From: Glaucostegus cemiculus | Taxonomy: Eukaryota | Direction: 5' to 3' | Assembly: GCA_976551045.1 (NCBI GenBank) | Contig: CDPCPM010000007.1 | Span: forward strand, 15,562,001-15,626,000 | Length of the DNA: 64,000 bases | Part shown: in pieces, positions 28,348 to 39,852 of the stretch | Layout: every line of letters begins with the position of its first letter | How positions within the stretch are numbered: position 1 is the first letter of the stretch | Notes under the pieces: generated by a model | Databases searched by the model: none | Told to the model about the DNA's origin: nothing | Seen by the model: only the letters and a program-made list of their open reading frames with translations | Made by a program: the position numbers and the translations under genes

Positions 28348-28592
28348 TTTTTTTTAATTTACACTGCGGTAACAGGCCCTTTCGACCCTCCGAGTCCACG
28401 CCGCCCATTTTAAACCCCCAAATTAACCTACCCGTACGTCTTTTCAGAATGTGGGAGGAAACCGGAGCACCCGGAGGAAACCCACGCAGACACGGGAGAA
28501 CGTACAAACTCCTTACAGACAGCGATGGGAATCGAACCCCGGTCGCTGGCACTGTAACAGCGTCGTGCTAACCACTACGCTATCGTGCCACC
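28348..28592 (-). mobile_element. tRNA-derived V-SINE, tail type A (CR1-like 3' end)
   Basis: Minus strand shows head 'ggtggcacgatagcgtagtggttagc...ggttcgattccc', the V-core, and tail 'gggtcgaaagggcctgttaccgcagtgtaaattaaaa'. Very similar to copies at 34837 and 57467. Confidence 0.92.
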
Positions 28593-28749
28593 TTTGGAAA
28601 AACTGTTAATTTTATTTTGTTTACAAAATTAGTAATTAGTTGTGTAAATTGTAATTATTTTGTACTGTTGTAATGTTAAGAATCTGATACAATAAAATAG
28701 TTATAGTTTTATTTATGTATTTAGATTTTAAAAGCGTGACATGAAATAT

Positions 28750-28812
28750 ATTTGTTTCTCTTTCCACAGATGCTGCCCAACCTGGTGCATTTCCAGCTTT
28801 TGTTGTTTTTTT
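28750..28812 (-). mobile_element. Penelope terminal-repeat fragment
   Basis: 'tttctctttccacagatgctgcccaacctggtgcatttccagc' resembles the unit at 2515-2600. Confidence 0.55.
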
Positions 28813-29434
28813 TAAATTATAGAATTAATTTGTTTTTGTTTACTTCTCTTATTTTCCAGTTATGTTGCATATTTTTTTGCTGCGAAGTTGTGATTTAGCT
28901 GAATCAGCTAGACATCTGAGAGTGTGACACAAACGATTCATTGATGCCACAAACAAGATGGCAGCGACATTCAGTAGGCAATGCATGGGGTGCCTTTTGC
29001 AGTTTCTTCACAGTTAGTTACTCTTGAATGTTTCTGCAACATATTTAGGGTACTAGTTCCAGTATCTTCTACTATAACTATCATCGACAATCTGATGCCA
29101 ACTATACCCATTTTCTTTCAATTGTATTGATATTCAAGTATCAATGATTAGCAGCAGTTTTACCAAAGGTCAAATTAATCCTTTGATGACTAGTCAGTAG
29201 TTCACCCCATTCTTTAACTATTTAATATATAACAAGGTCAGCAAAACAAAATAAACATAAAACCAATATTGGCCAAATACAGCTTAGCAGACTTTTTGCT
29301 GTTAAAATACAATTGCACTTGGTGGAACTTTGCTGTTATTGATGAAATATTGCCAGCAACTGCCAATGCATAGCTCAGAATTTTTAAACACAACCATAAC
29401 TAGCAAAACACTCAGTATAACTTAGTAATATGCA

Positions 29435-30965
29435 AACCTAAGAAGTAGGAGCAGGAGAAGGGCTTTTGGCCCCTTGGGTCTGCTCTGTCTTTCAATAACT
29501 GATCTGGTTGTACTCTTAACTCTGCATTCCTCCTATCCCCCATAACCTAGAGAGTTCTAAAAGTTCATGATGCTCTGAGAAAAAAAAATTCTGCCTCATC
29601 TTAATATTAAATTGGTAAACCCTTAATTTTTAAACAGTGAGCCTCCTAGTTCTAGATTTTCCCAAAAGTGGAAACATCATTTCAAAATCCACCCCTCAAT
29701 AGTCTTTAGGATCTTATATATTTAAATCACTCATACGCTTCTACACTCCAGCAGGTACACACCTAACCTATCCAACCTTTCCTCAGAAACCCATTCTAGG
29801 TATTAGTCTAGTAAAAGTCATCACAACAGCTTCCAACACACTTACGTCTTTCCTTAAGTAAGGAGGGCAATACTTATAGAATCATAAAAATTGTACAGCA
29901 CAGAAACAGACCTGTTCAGCCCACCTCATCCATGCCCATTAACATTAATTCCATTTGCCTGCATTATCCATATCCATCATTGCCTTCCCTATCCAAGTAC
30001 CTTTCCAAATACTTTTGAAACATTGTAATTGTATCTACCTTCAGCACATCTTCTGGTACCATTTTCCAGCTATTCACCAATGCCTGTATGAAAAACTTAC
30101 TCTTTGGATATGCTTTAAATTTCTCTCCTCTCAACATAAACCTGTGCCTTCTAGTTCTAGACTTCCCTGCCCTAGGAAAAAGATTCTGACTATCTATCCT
30201 ATCTATGCCAACTCTATAAGATCATCCCTCAGCCTCCTATGTTTCAATGAGAAAACACCCAATCACTCCTTATAACTACAGTCCTCCATTTCAGGCAACA
30301 TCTTGGTGAATCTCTTATGTGCTCCTTCCATTACGACCACATCCTTTCTCTAGTGTGGCGATCAGAATTATGCACAATACTCTAAGTGCAGTCTAACCAA
30401 TGTTTTGCATGACTGCAATATGACATCTTAACTCTTACACTCAATGCCCTGGCCTGTGAAGGCAAGACTCTCAAAGTACCATTTTTCACTATGCCATCCA
30501 GCTGTGTTGTCACTTTTATGGAGCTACAGACTTGCACCCCAAAATCTCTCTACGTAAATGATCCTAAGGTTCCTGCCATTTACTCTATATTGTCCTAACA
30601 TAATTTGACTTCCTAAAAGCACATTTCTTCACTCTTGTCTGGATTAAATATATAGTATTCCAGACATGGTCTCACCATTGCTTTAAAAAATTGAAGTATA
30701 ACCTCTGTGCTTTTGCAATCAATTTCTCTCACGGTAAATTCTAACATTGTATTGGGTTTCCAAATTATTTGCTGTACCTGCACCAGAACACTCAGATCCT
30801 TCTGCAGCTCAGACCTCTCACCATTTAGATAATGTTTTCTCCCCCTACCAAAATGAACAATTTCATATTTTTCCCCATTATCCCCTAACTTAATACACTT
30901 GCTTAACCCATCTATATCCCTTTATAGCCCCCATCACAGCTTACCTCCTTAACACTTATCATTGC
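29435..30965 (-). mobile_element. Older CR1 LINE 3' fragment, split by a nested CR1 at ~29876-30650
   Basis: Reverse tail 'aacctaagaagtaggagcaggagaagggc'. The host breaks at 'aaggagggcaatact' and resumes at 'tatagtattccagacatggtctcacc'. Confidence 0.75.
29876..30650 (-). mobile_element. Nested CR1 LINE 3' fragment (different subfamily)
   Basis: Own tail 'atagaatcataaaaattgtacagcacagaaacagacc', plus 'ccaggcaacatcttggtgaa'-like and 'cacaatactctaag' segments (reverse of FTRMLP and LEYCV-like motifs). Confidence 0.8.
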
Positions 30966-31164
30966 CAAACATAACAGAGAATGGTAAAACACAGTCGTAG
31001 AAGAAAAAAAGTATGCCATTAAACTACAGCAGTGACTTGCAAACTGTTAGAATATTGCAAATTGTGCAGCCATAAAATGATGATGATAAATGAAGATGTG
31101 GCTCCTTAGGAACCACTCCTGAGACTAATGCTATTTATAAATAGACAAGAAGAGGGTATGTAAG

Positions 31165-31410
31165 AAAATAACATGTGGAATCAGGAGCAAATCATATTGA
31201 CCCCTGAGGTTGCTCTGCCATTAACTGAGATCATGACTGTTATTCTGTGTCCTGATCCACAAATTTCTTGATTCTCTTGGTGTAAAAAATTATATTCATC
31301 TCAATACTAAATATGGCTGACCATCCACAAGCCTTAATCAAAGAAAAAATGTCCTCACCTCAGTGCTAGATAAGCAACCCTTTATCCTGGATAGAAACTC
31401 CTTGGATATA
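31165..31410 (-). mobile_element. Short degenerate CR1 3' end
   Basis: 'caggagcaaatcatattgacccctgaggttgctctgccattaactgagatcatgactg' resembles the CR1 tails at 8178 and 29435. Confidence 0.55.
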
Positions 31411-31938
31411 ATATGCTGAGAACTAATATTTATTTTTGCTGATAGTTATTGAGTAGTGCATCATTGGAATAACAGAGGATTTCAAGATAGGTAGGCAATG
31501 CCATTTGTCTGTCTAAGCTCATCCATCTAGAAAGGCACAGTAGGGTAGAAATTCATCCTTAGTTGCTTGAACTACATGGCTATATATTGTAGTGGCTGCA
31601 CATTGTCCTCTGCTTTCAAAATATGTTTCCTTTGACTTTAACTTCAAAAGCAGAATACAACATACAGCTGCTGCTATGTGTGCATTTAGTGCAAGTAACA
31701 AAGGACAAATTTCTATATACCTTCATCCTGCTATCAAGCTGTTCTTTTAAGTGATTCCAGAGTTTTTGCCCCCACCACCTACTACGTAAGTATTGATCAT
31801 TCTTTGCATGGAGAACTGCCTAACAACAATTTTAACTGTCTATCATTATTTTGAATCTGTCTCAATGCCAACCACTCCCCTCCCCCATCACCAGCATAGT
31901 CTACAGTAAAAGTTTAGTTTGAAACAATATTAGGATTT

Positions 31939-32400
31939 TAGAACATAGAACATAGAAAGCCCACAGCACAATACAAGCCCTTCGGCCCACAAAGTTGTGC
32001 CGAACATGTCCCTACCTTGGAAATTACTAGGCTTACCCATAGCCCTCTATTTTTCTAAGCTCCATGTACCTATCCAAAAGTCTCTTAAACGACCCTATCA
32101 TATCTGCCTCCACCACCTTTGCCGGCAGCCCATTCCACACACTCACCACTCTCTGAGTAAAAAACTCACCCCTGACATCTCCTCTGTACCTGCTCCCCAG
32201 CACCCTAACCCTGTGTCCTCTTGTGGCAACCATTTCAGCCCTAGGAAAAAGCCTCTGAATATCCACACAATCAATGCCTCTTATCATCTCATACACCTCT
32301 ATCAGGTCCCCCCTCATCCTCCGTCGCTCCAAGGAGAAAAGGCTGAGTTTATTCAACCTGTTTTCATAAGGCATGGTCCCCAAACCAGGCAACATCCTTG
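31939..32400 (-). mobile_element. Young 5'-truncated CR1 LINE (ORF2 C-terminus and 3' UTR)
   Basis: ORF 32033-32395 MLPGLGTMPYENRLNKLSLFSLERRRMRGDLIEVY...FFTQRVVSVWNGLP is a typical CR1 ORF2 end. The tail is (ttctatg)n. Confidence 0.95.
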
Positions 32401-32599
32401 TTCTTATTTTATGGTATTTGTTTATTTATATATAGGTCACCCCTATGATATCTTCTTTCAAGTCCTAAAAGATCCTAGTTTTCTAGTCTTTGCTTATAAT
32501 ATAGTCACCTAGGCTCAGTTGCTTAGTTCTTCTCTGCCCTACATTCAGGGTGACTTGGTGACAAGTGGGCCTGGTACTTAAGGGGTTCCCAGGCCAAAT

Positions 32600-32780
32600 C
32601 TCACACCATCCCAACTTGGATATAATAATGCTGCTCTTTCATTGGTATCCTGTAATCTTTTTTTAGCTCACAAAATCGTAGGAGCATCATCTTCCCAGGG
32701 ACAGTAGAAGGGATAAGATCCACCATTATCACCTCAGAACTACCAAACAAGCAATAAGTGAAACCTTGCTTTCGTTATTT
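32600..32780 (+). mobile_element. Degenerate 3' UTR fragment of the LINE family at 40.5-42.7 kb
   Basis: 'cacaccatcccaacttggatataat...ctttcatt' resembles 'cacaccgtcctgaattggaaatacatc...ctttcatc' at ~42500. Confidence 0.5.
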
Positions 32781-32854
32781 ACATTCCATGGATAAAAGTT
32801 TAAATAAGTAACAAAATTGGTTCTAGGACACGCTGCCTGAGGAATTTAAAACAA

Positions 32855-33230
32855 TGTGCTCATTTTTATAGCACCTTGCAAAATGTTGAGATGTTTTAAG
32901 ATGCTTTACACCCAAGGAAGTATCATTGACATGATATCACGTCTATCATTAAGGGCCAATTTACACACCATCCAGCAACGAGTTAATTATTAATTTGCTT
33001 ATTAACTCGCATCCAGCAACGAGTTAATGAGCAAACAATCTGTTCTGGTTGAGAGATTACTGTTGACTAGGACACTCTATACTTTTTTTGAATAATGTCA
33101 TGGAGTAATGAGGGCATCTCCATTTAGTACCTTATTGCCTCATGATGGTAGCATGGCCAATGCAGCTCTTACTCAATATGCCCTCTCAAAGTCAGGCGAA
33201 ATTGTGAGCTGTCCAGCTGAGTCAGGTTAA
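32855..33230 (-). mobile_element. Very degenerate Deu-domain SINE
   Basis: Colinear similarity to 650-1020: 'tttttatagcaccttgca...gatgctttacacccaaggaagta...ctggttgagagattactgttgactaggacac'. Confidence 0.45.
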
Positions 33231-34836
33231 TTATGAAGTAAAGAATTATAGCTGACAGTTTTGCTAGATTACTACTTAACTTGCAAACATTTTTTGTTTG
33301 CAAGTTTTACCTTAGTGCCTCATCTTCTGATGTGTGAACACACTTTTGGAGTTATATATCTTCAACACCTAGATAGTAATCTGGCAAAGTGAATCACCCT
33401 CTCTTTATAGAACCCACCTGATCTTCATTCTATTTATTTCATACCTAGCATCACAATTTGCTTTTCATCATCTGATTCATACCCATAGCCATTCATTTCT
33501 GTTGTAAAAACTTGTTAAAAGTATTGTGAAGTATTGAATAGCAACTGCAGTCTCCTGCGCTGCTAACTAATAAAGGCTGCAACAGATTGTTTAAGCGTTA
33601 AATCTCTTGCCTTTTAAGAAAACATTGATCCACTAATGTTGGGTTCTAGCTATATAATTGTTCTTCAAGGACTCTACAAGTGCATCAAACTTATTTGTAA
33701 AAGTAACAAAGCAGCAGATCTACAATGGCATTGTTTATATTAACCTGAAGTTACAGTAAAGGCCTTAACTAATGTGCCTGACAACTTTTTAACTTTTATT
33801 TGCATTGCTGGAAACAGCTTGGAAGCTGAGAAATTTAGCATCCAAGTTTCCATGGAGTATTTCTCAAAGAAAATTCTATCACTACAGCAGAGTAGACAGC
33901 TTGGCTGGAGAGGACTTCACAAGGTATGAGTTCCTTAGGTGAGCACAATGAAGTGGTTGGAATCATTTGATGAATGCTCAGCCTTTATTCACTTTGCCAA
34001 TTCTGGTTACGCTTTCAGTCAATCAAGCAGATCAGTGTTTTATGGATGGCTAATGGCCATCAATGTAATGTGGTTATAAAACAGATAAGGACTATTTGCT
34101 TCTGCTTCAGTATAACTTTCAAGGAGTGGGAGCTAAACTTTCATGCAACGCCAGTGGGTCATTTGTATCTCACACAGAGATTTTTCTTTCTGAAGAAAAT
34201 GAGCTCAAACCATTTCACTCTTTTCCTTAACAATCTATATAATGTTTTCTAGAGTATGGTTAGAAAATTTGAATATGATACAAAACCACATGTGAAATAT
34301 GAAACTGTAAATAAATATAATCTTCTGCAATAAAGTTTGACTGTACTGCAGAAATTCGGCAAACAATGGCAGATGGCATTTTACCTAGACAAATATAGAG
34401 TGACGCAAGTATTGGGAACACTATAGAATATACCAACAGTTTACACTGACCAGTACTGGAACTGTGAGAAGAGAGAAAGTGCAACATATCAACATGTTAT
34501 TGTACACTCAAGGTTCATGACCTGTCCGAAGATATCAACACCTTTAGTGGAACACATTCCGTCACTTCATGTGAACATCATGAAACAAAATTTGACTGAG
34601 AACTTGACTGAGTGACCAAGAGTCTGCTCAAGGAGCTAATTTTAATGAGTATCCTGAAGGAATAGAGTTAGTGGTGAAATGTAGGGAAGGAATTCCATAA
34701 GCCCCAGGTAGCAAGCAAGGTATTCTTTTGATAGAATATTACTATATCTATTTGGTATAAATCAGTGGACCTAAACTTTCCGGATCCGTGGTTCATCTGC
34801 TTATATTCTGCTATGTACTGCTTTGGTTTAAACTAA

Positions 34837-35079
34837 ATTTATTTATTTACAGCGTGGTAACAGGCCCTTTCGGCCCAACGAGTCTGCGCCGCCCATTTTA
34901 AACCCCAAATTAACCTACCCGTACGTCTTTTAGAATGTGGGAGGAAACCGGAGCATCCAGAGGAAACTCACACAGACACGGGAGAACGTACAAACTCCTT
35001 ACATTCAGCGACGGGAATGGAACCCCGATCGCTGGCACTGTAATAGCGTCGCGCTAACTGCCACGCTATCATGCCGCCC
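34837..35079 (-). mobile_element. tRNA-derived V-SINE, tail type A
   Basis: Nearly the same sequence as 28348-28592 and 57467-57715, with a (taaa)n tail. Confidence 0.92.
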
Positions 35080-35254
35080 TATCGGTTCCCTCATGCTAAA
35101 TCTTGAAGAGAACTTCAAGAAGTGAACCTCAAGATTAATTGCCAGCTTAAAGACTGGGTACATTCACTTTCGATCAGCAAAGACTTAGAGATGACCCAAT
35201 TTAATTTTATTTAAAAAAATGAAATTTTGCATTACATATGACTGATGACTTTAG

Positions 35255-35620
35255 TTAAACATATTGGGAGCATTCAAGATCGTTCCTGTTCACATGTGGG
35301 ATGTAGGTGTTGTTCACAAGGCCATCATTAACCCCCATCCTGACTGTGTTCGAGAAACTGGTGGAATGCTGCCTTCTTGCACCACTGCAGTCCCTATGAT
35401 GAAAGCACTCCCAGATATGACGAAGGATGTATTTCCAAGTCAAGATGGTGTGTGACTTGGAGGGGAATTAGCAAGTGAAGGCATTCTCCATTATGGTTCT
35501 AGACTTTAAAGTTTCCAGGGGAAAGAGATGCTACTTTTTGTCTGAAATAGTCTGTGTAGGGTGCAAGTGCTTAAAACTGTGCCTGCTCTTTGATGTAGTG
35601 GAGGGTTTATGAAGATAATA
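35255..35620 (-). mobile_element. 3' UTR fragment of the LINE family at 40.5-42.7 kb
   Basis: 'atttccaagtcaagatggtgtgtgacttggaggggaat' is the reverse complement of the 'attccccaccgaggtgcacaccgtcctgaattggaaat' motif at 42482-42519. Confidence 0.65.
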
Positions 35621-35774
35621 CGTTAGATATGATAAATATGGATTTTTAGAAGACACTTGACTAATGCCACTTAAATGGCCTGTTTGAAAATCTATAACTC
35701 ATCAAATAAAAGGGTTCGTGACAGCATGGGCAATCAATTGGCTTAGAGGCACAAAGCGAAGGATCATGGTAAAG

Positions 35775-36830
35775 ATGGAGACACAAGAGAGAGTTTTTTG
35801 CTGGAATCTGCAGCAAAAAAAAGCTGCTGGAGAAACTCAGTGGGTCAGGCAGCACCTGTAGAGGCAAAGGAATAGTCGACATTTCAGATCGAGACCGTAC
35901 ATCAGTCCTGATTTATGGGAAGGCAAAAATTGCAGATGTTAGATATCTGAAACAAAAATATGATACTCAACAGCTCAGGCAGCAACTGTGGAGAGAGAAA
36001 CAGAGTTAATGTTTCAGGGTGTTGACATTCATCAAAGCCGGAAACATGAAAAACAAGTTTGTGTAAATTGTATGGTGCGGTGTGGGGGGGGGGGGGGCAG
36101 GTTGGAGAGAACAAAGGGAATGTCTGAAATAGGGTGGAGATTAAAATTGTCCAGATGTCACAAATGTACAAAGAGAGGGTGATGAGTGTTTATTAATCAT
36201 TGCTGATCTCTCATGGAGTATAATTAGAAGGAGATGAATGAGAGAGAAAAAAGAACTGCTGAGATTCTGGGATGCAGAATACAGCAGTTGTTAGAAATCT
36301 GAAATAAAAGAAAACACTGGAAACACTTAGCAGATCAGATGGCATGTGAGGAGTGAAAATAACTGAGTTATTATTGTAGGTGGATCACCTTCAGTCATTC
36401 TGACACTAACAAGAAAGTAAACTGTCTGAGGTTGTTGAATTCAGTGTTGTTGAATTCAACAGTACTGACTCCTGAGGGCTGCAGTATGCCTAGATGAAGG
36501 ATGAGGGCTTCATTGGAACAGTGAAGGACCACAGACAGGGAGGAAAGTGTGGGAAGAGGATGGAGAATTAAATAGAAAGACTAATGCAAACCCAAAGTCA
36601 CCCTTTTGGACTGAACAGAGGTGTTTCCCTAATCTGTGCTTGGCTTCACCAGCAGAACCACATCACAAGCACTGAATTCTGTACACTAAATTGGAAGAAG
36701 TGCAACTGAATTGCTACTCCACCTGGAAGGACTGTTTGGACTCTGGACAGTGCAAAGAGATAAAAGCTGTGGTTGCATGGGGAAAGTACCTTGAAAGGAG
36801 TGTGGTTGGTAAAGAAACGTTATTGATTTA
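35775..36830 (-). mobile_element. Penelope-like element remnant: three terminal-repeat-like units plus a GIY-YIG endonuclease fragment
   Basis: Units at ~35775-35910, ~35928-36040 and ~36280-36400. The minus strand at ~36618-36713 translates as QFSCTSSNLVYRIQCL*CGSAGEAKHRLGKHL, a decayed Penelope GIY-YIG N-terminal motif. Confidence 0.8.
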
Positions 36831-37904
36831 TGGCACAAATAACAACAGCAGCTTGCACTTATAATGTAACTTTAACATTAAAACATCCTAAGTCAAACTT
36901 TGTGATTATCAAATGGTTATCTGGGCTGTTTACTGATACCACAAGAGTCTGTTAATATTTTCAGAGGACTACAAATGATTGGCTATATATAGTTCTCTGA
37001 TTAGATGGATGATATGTAAGATTTATCAGATTGTAGGCACACTGCTTTATATTCATTTGGCAATTCCCCCAATTAGCTGCCATAATTTGTGCAAGACATA
37101 GGGATAAGGCTCATGTACTAAAAGGTGTCTGTGGGATCTTTCACTATAATTTAAAGGTCATGTCAAAGAAGCCCAAGGAAATTCCTTGTCCTGGGATTAA
37201 CCAGACCAGAGCTGGAAATCTTGCTGTATGAGGATCTACAGTTTGGTGGTATTGTAGAGGGGGGCTGGGAAGTTCAAATATTGATCTCAATATATTCCCT
37301 GAATCTGTCAACACAAGAGATAGCTGAGTACAATCCTGACAGCCCTAAATGAGGGAAGGGAGGAAGCAAGAAATAATGCTGGCACATAAACTCATACATA
37401 ATCTCTGCAAACAATGATGTAAGTATTTTGTGATTACCTCCTAGAAAACATTGTTTTTCTTAGAAAAGCAAATACAGCAACAGCATCAATCATTGTACAG
37501 ATTCCACTCACTTCCTTTGTTTTCTTCAGCCTCTTAGGAATAGTAAACAGTTGGCTGGTTTAATATATTGTTACTTCCAAAGAGAAGAAAAATCATCTAG
37601 CAATTTTGGCACCACTTGTCGAGTGGGCTGGATGGTCGGTGCTTACAAGGAGCATGCTCTGCTAATTGCCAACTATCCTGTTAATTATAATCACTTCAGC
37701 CAATTATCACAGAAACTAGCATTTATATGAGTCTCAAAGGTCTGAGAAAATGGACTGTGCTGCACTCACTTTATGGGTTTAAAACTGGCACTAAATGGGC
37801 TACTATGCTGTGTGTAATGCACATATTCCATTCCTGAGGTGAGTGGCTGCCAACAGGATGAAACTGTTTTTGGCAGTGCCTGAAACCGGCGTTAAGCTAG
37901 TCAT

Positions 37905-38722
37905 AGTCAAAATCAAAGTCAAAGTCAAAGTCGAGTTTATTGTCATATGCACAAGTACATGCATGCACGGGTGCAATGGAAAACTTACTTGTAGTAGCAG
38001 CACAGACACATGGCATCGGATGCACAACATTCACAGGAAAAACAGAAACTATACAAAAATTATACAAGAATGAATACAATTAGAACAAAAAAAGTGCATT
38101 GCATTGTAGTGCAAAATAGTCATGGTGTTACTATACTGAGATGGTAATTAGGGTTGTGCAGGTTGGTTCAAGAAATGAATGGTTGAAGGGAAGTAGCTGT
38201 TCTTCAACCTGGCAGTGTGGAACTTCAGGTTTCTGTACCTCCTGCCCAGTGGTAGCTGTAAGAAGATGGGATGGCCTGGATGGTGGGGATCTTTGATGAT
38301 AGATGTTGCTTTCTTGAGGTTGTGCCTCCTGTAGATACTACCGATGGTCGCTCTGCTGTCCGTGGTATGAGACAGGCAGTGGCTGTTGGTGTGATCAAGT
38401 CAGTTACTAAGAAAGAAACTTCTGTCAAAGCCACCAATGCTGCCAATAAACTATTAAACAAGAAGTGAATATCACCACTGGCTACCAAGATTCAGCAAAC
38501 CCTGAGCCGACTGTAGATAGTCCCAATGGTGGGGAGGGATGTGCCAGATAATGTATTGGGCTGAGTCCACCACTCTCCATGGCTGCTCACATTCCCGTGC
38601 ATTCAGAATGTCTTACCAGACCATGATGCAACCAGTCAAGATATTTTCAACAGTACATCTGTAGAAGTTTGTTAGAGCATTTGGGTGACATGCTGGGCCA
38701 CCTTAACCTCCTAAGAAAGTAA
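37905..38722 (-). mobile_element. Rex1/Babar-like LINE 3' fragment, interrupted by the eEF1A fragment
   Basis: Minus strand gives NFYRCTVENILTGCIMVW, ...KKATSIIKDPHHPGH and LPLGRRYRNLKFHTARLKNSYFPSTIHFLN. The 3' end is 'gcatatgacaataaa' plus (gacttt)n. Confidence 0.85.
38346..38510 (+). pseudogene. EEF1A: Inserted fragment of elongation factor 1-alpha (C-terminal 40 codons, stop and ~40 nt of presumed 3' UTR)
   Basis: Translates GRSAVRGMRQAVAVGVIKSVTKKETSVKATNAANKLLNKK* versus the universal eEF1A motif GRFAVRDMRQTVAVGVIK and a Lys-rich end. Stop at 38466-38468. Flanked by a 17/20 direct repeat. Confidence 0.88.
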
Positions 38723-38815
38723 AGCGTGTATGTAAATCTACATCCTAATGTATTCTTTCAACACCCTTTATGCAATTGATCCAAGAATTAAGAGGATCTC
38801 CCTGACAAGATTTGT

Positions 38816-39131
38816 GGGGCTGCACTGTGGTGTTTCCAGCCTCACAGGTCCAGCAACCCAGGTTTAATCCTGACCTCTGGTGCTGTCTGTGTGGAGTTTG
38901 CATGTTCTCCTTGTGGACATGTCGATATCCTCCAGGTGCTCTGGTTTCTTGCCACATTCCAAAGACACGTGGCTTGGTAGTTTAATTTTCCACTGTAAAC
39001 TCCCCCAAGGTTAGTGGTAGAATGTGGGATACGTTGATGGCAATGTGGGGGGAATAAAATGGGTGCTTGATGGTCAGTGTGGATGCCTTGGGGTGAAGGG
39101 CTCTCCTTGCTCTGTGTCTCTATGGCTCTAT
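38816..39131 (+). mobile_element. Older HE1-like V-SINE with CR1-derived tail
   Basis: 'cccaggtttaatcctgacc' B-box-like segment, V-core 'ggagtttgcatgttctcc...ctccaggtgctctggtttcttgccacattccaaagac', tail 'gggtgaagggc...tctctatggctctat'. Confidence 0.85.
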
Positions 39132-39363
39132 AGTTTACCTCAAGTAAAATGTTAGTAGCTTTTTATTTATATTATTAGATGTCAAATTTATTGTCTTGTT
39201 AGTAAGGAAATATTTTCAAAGTCCTGTGTGCTGGATTACCTGCTACAATGAGAAGGCTTTCAATGGTCACTGATTTCATACCAGGTGCTGACATTTTTCA
39301 TCCCTTAGCCCAGTGGAATCAACTTCCAGAGAGACCCTGAATCAGTTATGTGGGAGGCAGCTC

Positions 39364-39852
39364 AGGATGTGGAAGCTTTAGAGAGGGTGCAGAGGAGATT
39401 TACCAGGATGTTGCCTGGATTGGAGAGCATGTCTTATGGGGATAGGTTGAGTGAGCTAGGGCTTTTCCCTTTGAGACAAGGAGGATGAGAAGGGACTTGA
39501 TAGGGGTGTACAAGATGGTAAGAGGCATAGATCGAGTGAACAGTCAGAGATTTTTTCCCAGTGTGACAATGGCTAACATGAGGGGACTTAATTTTAAGGT
39601 GATTGGAGGAAGGTTTAAAGAGGGATGTCAGAGGTAAATTTTTTACATGGAGAGTGATGGGTGTGTGAAACGCACTGCTGGCAGAGGTTGTGGGGGCAGA
39701 TGCATTAGGGACATTTAAGAGACTCATTTAAGAGAAAAATAGGGGGCTATGTGGGAGGGAAGGGTTAGGTAGATCTTAGAGCAGGATAAAATGTTGACAC
39801 AACATTGTGGGCCTAAGGGCCTGTACTATGCTATAGTGTTCTATGTTCTATG
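39364..39852 (+). mobile_element. 5'-truncated CR1 LINE
   Basis: Reads DVEALERVQRRFTRMLPGLESMSYGDRLSELGLF..., with tail 'gtgggcctaagggcctgtactatgctatagtgttctatgttctatg'. Confidence 0.93.

Noticed and set aside
31997-32512. Longest ORF (171 aa, + strand)
   Set aside because: It is the antisense frame of the CR1 fragment.
38350-38370. REST/RE1-like 'accacggacagc' on the minus strand
   Set aside because: The TTCAGC left half is missing, and the sequence is explained by eEF1A codons.
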